Origin: Laetmonice hystrix
Lineage: Eukaryota
Assembly (NCBI GenBank): GCA_965235115.1
Contig: OZ249436.1
Span: 43,154,001 to 43,218,000, forward strand
Direction of reading: 5' to 3'
DNA length: 64,000 nucleotides
A program made the translations under genes and the position numbers. Of this stretch, positions 56,936 through 64,000 are shown in pieces. The notes under the pieces are model-generated. The model saw only the letters and a list, made by a program, of their open reading frames with translations, ran no database searches and was not told the DNA's origin. The stretch's first letter is position 1. Every line of letters begins with the position of its first letter.

Positions 56936-57217
56936 ACTGTATTTTTCTTTTGAAATGCACAGGCATCAGGGGTAACCCAATTACTTTGACAATGTCCCTA
57001 AAGAGAAAAGTTGTATAGTCCTCTACAGGAATGGAACCCAGGCCCTAAGATTACTGCACCCATTCGCATAGCATAAGGTGTCGACATCCATGCCCACTAG
57101 GCCACCGCCACTCCCCTAAAAAAGGAGCTTTGGTGGTCGAGCAGGACAATGGACCCTCCCCCCTACACACATCTTTTTGAAATGAGACGGAATCCATATT
57201 TTCCTAGTTAGAGCTAC
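56936..57217 (-). mobile_element. Inverted, circularly permuted partial copy of the same element (minus strand reads B-gctc-A)
   Basis: 56936-57124 is the reverse complement of 57231-57419 (189 bp, 2 mismatches seen, one in the B box). 57129-57217 is the reverse complement of 57472-57560 (89 bp, no mismatch seen). Confidence 0.9.
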
Positions 57218-57230
57218 TTTACCTACTTTA

Positions 57231-57560
57231 CTTTTTTAGGGGAGTGGCGGTGGCCTAGTGGGCATGGATGTCGACACCTTATGCTATGCGAATGGGTGCA
57301 GTAATCTTAGGGCCTGGGTTCGATTCCTGTAGAGGACTATACAACTTTTCTCTTTAGGGACATTGTCAAAGTAATTGGGTTACCCCTGATGCCCGTGCAT
57401 TTCAAAAGAAAAATACAGTTTACGCCAGTGCCAGGATTACCTTAACAGTCAATGTTCGGTAGAAATCATGTGTAGCTCTAACTAGGAAAATATGGATTCC
57501 GTCTCATTTCAAAAAGATGTGTGTAGGGGGGAGGGTCCATTGTCCTGCTCGACCACCAAA
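57231..57560 (+). mobile_element. tRNA-derived (Pol III A/B box) non-autonomous retroelement, forward copy (segments A-C-B)
   Basis: A box TGGCCTAGTGG at 57251-57261, B box GGTTCGATTCC at 57317-57327 and a TTTT run at ~57346. There is no acceptor-stem pairing. Boundaries are defined by the adjacent inverted copy. Confidence 0.7.
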
Positions 57561-58018
57561 ATCAAACATGCTAAATAAGGAATAGTCCACGTTTTCATGG
57601 CTAATGTCATTGTCAAGAAAGGCTACAATCCGTGACAAATTCGGTTTCAGTTTTTTTGCCAACTAAAGCCGTCAGCACCACAGCCCAGACACTAGTGCAT
57701 TCGGGAATCCTCGGCCATATCTTCGAAAGTAGCCTCGGGTGAAATAGGTGCCATTTTGAGCATTGCATCGCGGGTACATTTAGCCGGGACTCTCGACAGC
57801 ATGGCAGTGCTTGCAGTATTTTGTCTGCATCAGGCATGGAAGCAACTAAAATAGGCCTACAATGCTTTCCCCGAAGTCAGTGGCGATACATAGAATCCAT
57901 GTAGGCCTATATTAATGCGTCGAGGGCATTCGGCCCACCTCGGGACTGTCCGGGCCAGATCCTCTCGGCCCTCGCACAGTCGTCACCATGTTGGATCACG
58001 TGACACAACGTGGTCAAA

Positions 58019-58640
58019 ACGGCGACGGCCGACACACCGACAAAGGTGAAAGACAAGCAGTGTCTGGCTTGTTTAAAAACAGATCTCCGCTTGATACCAC
58101 TGACAAGTGGATTAGACCTCAGAGAAAATCTATTTAGGTCTCTATAGATACTTTTTTAGATGTTGACATTCCTATTGGCATTGTTTATCGTCAGACGGAG
58201 GTCAACGTTTGTCCCACGGACGAGCTGTCTCACTTGGGATTCCCTCGGGATTCCTTTGGGCGTATGACGTCATTTCTTATGTTGATACAAGCTAGCAAAG
58301 TCGTATGATTTCATAAATACTGCAAAACTGAATGTGTCGCGGCTGCTAAGAACGATCGAGACTGCAAATCTTCGGAAATTATCCATCTTTCCTGATGAAC
58401 AATCCCGCGTTAGGCCGAATACCGACGGTCTATGAACTACTTTGCGCCGTTGCGCACTACGCGAGTTGTGATGTACCCAAACCCGTGGAATCACTGTCAT
58501 ATCTCTACGGCTGGCGACGTCCGAGTCCACAACTAGCGAAGCGACCGGAAGTTGGGCCGAGGTTTTCCGAATGGCGTCGAGGGGTGTCCGAGCACAACTA
58601 CAGCGAAGCGACCGGAAGTTGGGCCGAGGTTTTCCGAATG
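58019..58640 (+). pseudogene. Decayed ORF with a ZAD (zf-AD)-like C4 pattern and an EHNY motif, probably transposon-derived
   Basis: From an ACG in AAAACGGCG context (ATG-like): ATADTPTKVKDKQCLACLKTDLRLIPL... Then, frameshifted, DVDIPIGIVYRQTEVNVCPT. After ~60 extra bases, C*YKLAKSYDFINTAKLNVSRL, and later VSEHNYS. Multiple stops and frameshifts. Confidence 0.35.
58519..58640. repeat. Direct duplication, 67-bp period, 2 copies
   Basis: GTCCGAG...AGCGAAGCGACCGGAAGTTGGGCCGAGGTTTTCCGAATG at 58519-58573 and 58586-58640. Confidence 0.92.
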
Positions 58641-58876
58641 CTCCGTGTATCTGGTTGCCCGAAGGAGTCCCGAATGACACTAGTGCTGGCGAGTGGCCGC
58701 TACGACGATAGTGCGTTGACCCCATCTGACCCAATATGGCGACCTCCGATTGGTATCTAAGTCTCTCTACATCGTAAAGGGCTCGGTGTTCCGAATGGGC
58801 ACAGAGGTGACACCCACTCGGCTCACCCACGATTGACTCCGTCATATCTCGGCTGTACGACGAAGGTTCCCATGCT

Positions 58877-58898
58877 GGGGGGTGGGGTGGGTGGGTGG
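58877..58898 (+). other. G-rich (GGGT)n tract, potential G-quadruplex
   Basis: GGGGGGTGGGGTGGGTGGGTGG: four G-runs of at least 3 with 1-nt loops. Confidence 0.6.
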
Positions 58899-60007
58899 CT
58901 AGGTCGGGACCGCTGACCCGGATGTAAACAACAAACTCGCGCGCTGCCGCCGTGCCGAAAATGTAGAACTCCCTAGTGTCGGACTTTATACAAAGTCAGA
59001 ATATCTGGGTTTCCTCCCAGGCGAAGAAGAGACTGTTTTGTCTCCACGATAGAAAATTCGAGGTACAGGTATGCTGAGAAATTATATTTGAACTAGGCCT
59101 ATGTGCCTGTGCGTAGGGGTCGACTATTTACTCTCTGTGTTCATGTGCGACCGCTTTACACTACTTTGCACGAAAAACGGGAAAATGGCCGCTTCATACA
59201 TCCGAGGTCTGCTTCGCCTCCGGATATGACCTAGAAACAGCCAATCAGAAGCAGCGTCGGTGTTCCGTCGGCTGGCACCTGGCAGCGGACTGACAGGAGG
59301 CCATTTGTACGAAGGATAGGAACTTACTAGTAGAATCATGTAATGTACAAATTGAGAGAGGAAAGTAGGGGATGGACGAAGGAAGAAAGGGTCGGATTGT
59401 TGCTCTCCATATTGCCTGCCAGACTCTACTACGGCCATGTTGGATCTGCCGACATCTAGGCTGACGATACTTGTATCGTATAACGTAGCAGTGCATATAG
59501 GCATATGGTCCATGGAGTCCCGGAAAATAATAGGCTCTTTAATGGTGGGACTTCGTTAATTTTGCAACTGAGGAATTTTATTTTTAAGAGTCTCTTGAAA
59601 ACGAATGTGTATGAATGATGTATGAAAGTTTATTTTGTGCTGCTCCAAAGGAACCTACTAAACACTGTTGGCCTTTTGAAGCAGAGTGATTTGTTTTATT
59701 CATAAAAAAAAGATGGTTTGTGGGCGCTGCCATGTGGTCTGGGGGAAACATGTAAGTTTGGTTTGGCAAGGAGAGAGAAAAAGAGCGGAAAAGATCCAGA
59801 TTTACAGGCGAATAAGAAAGAAATTAAGTTATTAAAGTTATTAAAAGTATTAAAAGGAGTATCATTCTCTTTGATGAAAATTCCGTGTTGATTTGACCAA
59901 ATGTTGGCAGTTATGCAAATGGTGCGAGAGCTGGTGCCGGGAAGTAGTCGAGTGTCGGATTGCAAAATCATACGTGACACAGATGGATTTCCATCCTTCC
60001 AGTACTA

Positions 60008-60297
60008 TTTTTCTCACTGACCCTCCCCAGTGCTCCGCCACTGGGTCACCAAAGGCTTTGGGATGTCCAGCTGTGTCCGTGCGACTGGGTATATAAAAGT
60101 GCCCTTGCAATTTTTCGAAAAGAGTAGGGGATTGCCTCCCGGTGGCAGGTTTCTTTCGCACTTTATCTTTATCATCACCCACCACCCTGGGACTTGGGGG
60201 TAAAATAGGTTCCTTGACTGAATTAAATGGTTCCCATCGCCCTGAATATGACTGAAATACTGTCTACAGAGAGTAAACCATCCAATTCGCTCACTAA
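60008..60297 (+). mobile_element. Probable 5'-truncated SINE with a Meta/MESC-like central domain and a LINE-like tail
   Basis: CCCAGTGCTCCGCCACTGGGTCACCAAAGGCTTTGGGATGT...TATATAAAAGTGCCCTTGC...TCGAAAAGAGTAG resembles the Meta/MESC SINE domain as I recall it. The 3' part ATATGACTGAAATACTGT...GTAAAC resembles common invertebrate SINE/LINE tails. No tRNA head is visible. Recognised from memory, not searched. Confidence 0.6.
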
Positions 60298-60580
60298 GTG
60301 ACAATTCGTAAATCAGATAAAATTAAAGGATCAACTTTTTCCCCCGTTGACAGTATGCAAAAACGTTTTCCGTTCCATGATTTCAACAACATCAGTAGCG
60401 TACATCAATTTTATTTACTTTGAAAAGAGAGCAAGACACTCGACCTTAAGTAGCCAATGCAGAGTATTATAAGTTTCTTGTTTCCAAACATATTAAACAT
60501 CATGTTTTTGCCGATTTATTTTATTATGGGTACGACGCTGGATACAATTCCGTTTTACGTAGGTTAAAAACATGAGCCAT

Positions 60581-60683
60581 CCCACCGGGTGGAACCCCAC
60601 CGGGTAAAACCCCAGCGGGTGGAACCCCACCGGGTGGAACCCCAGCGGGTGGAACCCCACCGGGTGGAACCCCACCGGGTGGA
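60581..60683. repeat. 15-bp minisatellite (CCCACCGGGTGGAAC) x~7
   Basis: Units start at 60581, 60596, 60611, 60626, 60641, 60656 and 60671. The core CCACC-G-GGTGG is a dyad. Confidence 0.97.
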
Positions 60684-61884
60684 GAGATAAACTTTTATGT
60701 GTTTTAAGGTTGAAACATGGTGTCTCTGCAGGTCGACTCTATGAACTCTTGCTGTCCGTCATTTCATTCAATGTAACCTTGACTACGTAATTTCTGATGC
60801 TCATCTCACTCCCCAAGTACAAATATCTTTTGTTCGTGACTTAAAAAGCTAAACCTTGAAGTCGTCCTCAGTCTCTGGCCACACTGACCCCGGGACGCCA
60901 TCTAGCACCACGGACCTCTTGGAAGGACTAGACAGTCTTCAATCCACTTTAAATACAAGCAGCTTTAATAGGAATATTTTTAGTGGAATAAAGGCACCAC
61001 GACGTACTTTTCGTAGGACATAAGCAGTAAGGCCTAGGACTAGTGCAGTCAGTCGTATCACAATAAATTGACGAGGGTTGTGTTGGGAAGCAAACTCTGT
61101 AAGGTATCTCGTTATTTATCATACCAAACTCCTGGCTATCTTTATTTTACAAACTGCCAAGTGTTGCGTGTTTTCTGCAAGTCCATCTGTAATTAAGGTG
61201 TCTAACTCTGCCTGCAGCAATAATGAGTGAAGTGTCCAGGTTTCCCTCAAGTACGGCCTACTCATGTTGTTTTTAAAACGATATGCGAGCATGCATGCCC
61301 ATAAAGCTCTCACATAAAGCTGGTCACACAGACTACGACGTAACAAGTAGATCTAGGAGAATATTATAACACTGCTATGTTAGAATCGAACTGTGTGTAT
61401 AGCACAAATCACAACACATCTGTCGCTTGTACCTGATCCAGAGGTAAACAATCGACAGATTATTATTATTACTCATCCATAATTATCATAGCCACGTATC
61501 ACCGTAGGATATCCTTGCTAGTTACTATACCTTGACAGTGTTAGCATAAGCAAGCTGGCTTAAGCCCTAATCACAGCGTTACACACACATATAATATACT
61601 CCACTAAAGACAACTTTATTCCATCTTATACAATCCAAAGATTTCATTTTTTTTTCTGCAACCTCCTCTAGGCCCGCTGACCAATACAATTCATTGTGCC
61701 ATGGAGGCAGTTATAATTGAATGTTACTATTAATACAATACCGTGAAGCCACTGTTAACAGGCCTACGTCATACCTACAGGTAGAAAGCAAACTTCTATT
61801 GGTTAATTCGAATCGCTACCGTTTTAAAGGGGGACCTCCGCATTTAAAGGGGGACCTGTCCCCAGATACCATCACAGCCTTGAG

Positions 61885-62067
61885 CGGCCTAACCCCAACC
61901 CACAGTAATAACATGGTTGACAAGTTTGTTGACCATGCTACTACTCGGCCTAACCCCAGCCCACAGTAATAACATGCTTGACAAGTTTGTTGACCATGCT
62001 ACTACTCGGCCTAACCCCAGGCCACAGTAATAACATGGTTGACAAGTTTTTTGACCATGCTACTACT
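61885..62067. repeat. 61-bp tandem repeat x3, each with an internal hairpin
   Basis: CGGCCTAACCCCA... starts at 61885, 61946 and 62007. Confidence 0.96.
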
Positions 62068-62166
62068 TCCAACTATTCCTTTATCTCTCAACCCTCAACC
62101 GTTCAGCTCACAACAGAACCTCACACTGGTACGTACATTACATTAAATTACCTACACTTTAATGGC

Positions 62167-62391
62167 CCTCCGGCGTCCCATAGGCCTACTAACCACACCT
62201 CAGCACATACTTCAGTTGCAATGTCCACACCCCATTGTAACACACCTCCGGCGTCCCATAGGCCTAATAACCACACCTCAGCACATACTTCAGTTGCAAT
62301 GTCCACACCCCATTGTAACACACCTCCGGCGTCCCATAGGCCTACTAACCACACCTCAGCACACAGTTGCAATGTCCTCACCTCATTGTAA
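62167..62391. repeat. 78-bp tandem repeat x~3
   Basis: CCTCCGGCGTCCCATAGGCCTA... starts at 62167, 62245 and 62323. The third copy has a small deletion. Confidence 0.96.
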
Positions 62392-62630
62392 GATAGTGTA
62401 ACTCTTAATTGGTCGCGTGACGTTACTTTTATGTAGGAATTCTAATGCAAAGTTAAGAATTTGTTTTCACAGTAGGAAAAGCGTGCCAAACCTTTTCCTT
62501 GAGTACCTAGACTACACATAGGCCTAGTATAGCTGATAGAGTCTACTATATTTGTTGCCCTGGTACCCAGGAGCCTGGCTGAGGTCTCCGCCCTACATGG
62601 TTTCCAATGTCTTGTATGATTTAACCAACA

Positions 62631-62756
62631 TACACCGCCAACAGCCGCCCATGTTAGCGATGGTCGTCGTTTACACCGCCAACAGCCGCCCGTGTTAGCG
62701 ATGGCCGTCGTTTACACCGCCAACAGCCGCCCATGTTAGCGATGGCCGTCGTTTAC
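62631..62756. repeat. 41-bp tandem repeat x3
   Basis: TACACCGCCAACAGCCGCCC... starts at 62631, 62672 and 62713. Confidence 0.96.
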
Positions 62757-62779
62757 TTGTATAGATCTAGGCGCCCGAA

Positions 62780-62841
62780 GGGCCAGATCTCAGGTGGGCC
62801 AGATCTCAGGTGGGCCTGATCTCAGGTGGGCCAGATCTCAG
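62780..62841. repeat. 16-bp minisatellite (GGGCCAGATCTCAGGT) x~4
   Basis: Units at 62780, 62796, 62812 and 62828. Confidence 0.96.
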
Positions 62842-62877
62842 TTAGGCCCACGGCCGGTATAGACCTACAATAATCAA

Positions 62878-63028
62878 TTGACCGTCGTGGACAAAAGACT
62901 ACGTATTCGAATATTATATCATAATGCCATCAGGTAACCATGGAGATATAAATAAGGTATCTAATGTAAGCATAAATATTCAAATATAATAACATGGTGT
63001 AATCGCGACTTTTGTCTACTACGGCCAA
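62878..63028. mobile_element. MITE-like 151-bp element with imperfect ~22-bp terminal inverted repeats
   Basis: Left end TTGACCGTCGTGGACAAAAGAC versus reverse complement of right end TTGGCCGTAGTAGACAAAAGTC (18/22). The interior is AT-rich and there is no clear TSD. Confidence 0.55.
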
Positions 63029-63088
63029 CCATGCACCGTCCTCATCGAAGGGTAGTGGTCGCCAACTCAGGACACTGCAGTCGGTTCT

Positions 63089-63331
63089 TCACCAGGCGGC
63101 GCCACTGGAGGCCTCTCAATCCTCCCTGCTCACAGACCACCAACGCTGGCCTCTAGTAGGCGCCACCTAGCGGCTGTCAAGTGAATCGCGTTTCGCGCGG
63201 AGACGAAAACATGCGAACATTGTCGAAGACTAACCGCCGAAAGTTTCCATAGTCAGACCACAGAGTACCTACATACAGAGGTTTCACCTACGTCAAAATG
63301 CGTTCTAGGCCATCGCAGCGCCACCTATCGG
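63089..63331. promoter_or_regulatory. Cluster of CTCF-like motifs
   Basis: TCACCAGGCGGCGC (+, 63089-63102); GCGCCACCTAGCGG, i.e. CCGCTAGGTGGCGC on the minus strand (63160-63173); GCGCCACCTATCGG (63318-63331). Confidence 0.45.
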
Positions 63332-64000
63332 GGTGGATGACGCTGCTGGCTCTACGTTGGGGACTAAAAGCTTAGCTTTTCTCACCTTGGGTGCTTAAAA
63401 CGCCCTCGCGGTGGGAATAATGAATCAATTCACTTGGAAATTGTTGCAAAGAAAACTAGAGATAATTGCCTTTTGTCTAGTCTGAAATTTATACAAATAG
63501 ATCAAAGAATTCTTTTTCTTACGGCCATTTGAAAATCATCAAAAAAGTATTAAAAACCCCGTAAAACTTGTGACCTAGAAAAACGTTCTACCTAGCAGCG
63601 CTTGCCACGCAAAATCGGTCGCGACGACCTATACAAAAAAGTATCCAGAATTATTCCCCACATCGTAAGGTCTTCACAGATGCCCTTCTTTTAGCGAGAC
63701 TCCTTATAGTTTTGGATACAGCAAGGTTTGTTTGGAAATTTAAAAGTTCCCCAAACTTTGTTAATGACGTTAAATATCCAGCAGAATCTAAGCTCTGCAC
63801 AGTGTAGCCGGATCAGGGGCCTACACTGTAGGCTACAGTGATGTTTACAGATGTATTATAATGCTGTAATTTTCTGAGAATATCTACTGACCTTTGTAAT
63901 CTCTGTTTCTGTAGTATTTTAATTTATCTTATCATAAAACGAGAGCTAGACAGAAAGATAGTGCAGTCTACGTTAGATCATCTAGCCTTCTTCTGTCTGT

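Larger units (their letters stand above)
1..56941. repeat. Macrosatellite tandem array: 70 complete monomers (55 x 851 bp, 15 x 669 bp) plus a 101-bp partial; continues beyond the left edge of the window
   Basis: AGGTAAGATGTAGGGAC... at 1 recurs at 852, 1521 and so on up to 56841. Marker ORF starts (394, 1245, 1914 ... 56383) are always 851 or 669 bp apart, and the sum is exactly 56840. Monomers differ only by a handful to about a dozen substitutions. Confidence 0.99.

Noticed and set aside
1..56941. CRISPR array or other repeat-spacer system
   Set aside because: Whole monomers are repeated, with no unique spacers and no cas genes, in a eukaryotic context.
57244..57337. Functional tRNA gene
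   Set aside because: A and B boxes are present, but there is no acceptor stem or proper anticodon arm, and the A-B spacing is ~55 nt. Treated as a tRNA-derived head.
56936..57560. DIRS/Ngaro terminal structure (ITR plus ICR, or split direct repeats)
   Set aside because: No RT or tyrosine-recombinase remnants nearby. The B-to-A junction with a tRNA head fits a permuted tandem unit better.
58270..58845. 191-aa minus-strand ORF and the other flank ORFs (e.g. 60493-60675, 61978-62391)
   Set aside because: No recognisable homology. They are the antisense of a GC-rich remnant or translations of minisatellites whose periods are multiples of 3.
61822..61857. Kolobok-type TTAA|AGGGG terminus
   Set aside because: No matching opposite end was found in the window, so it is recorded only as a 15-bp direct repeat.

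Overview
Eukaryotic (metazoan, probably marine invertebrate) non-coding DNA. Bases 1-56941 are one end of a very homogeneous macrosatellite. It holds 70 complete monomers plus a 101-bp partial: 55 of 851 bp and 15 of 669 bp carrying one identical 182-bp deletion (55x851+15x669=56840, so there are no other net indels). The monomers form successive higher-order repeats: a 6444-bp 8-mer A, a different 6444-bp 8-mer B, a derived 5593-bp 7-mer and a 6808-bp 8-mer C, with nested dimer/trimer substructure. The array does not decay at its edge. It is cut abruptly, through a 6-bp ACTGTA microhomology, onto a tRNA-headed (A/B-box) element of about 334 bp. That element is present as a forward copy and an inverted, circularly permuted copy, an arrangement reminiscent of Penelope-type retroposition. 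The last 6.4 kb is a patchwork of decayed transposon-like material: a broken ZAD-like/EHNY ORF, a probable Meta/MESC-domain SINE fragment, a MITE-like inverted repeat, five small tandem arrays and a cluster of CTCF-like motifs. No intact protein-coding gene, rRNA, functional tRNA or CRISPR array is supported. All family assignments come from reading the sequence, not from database searches.
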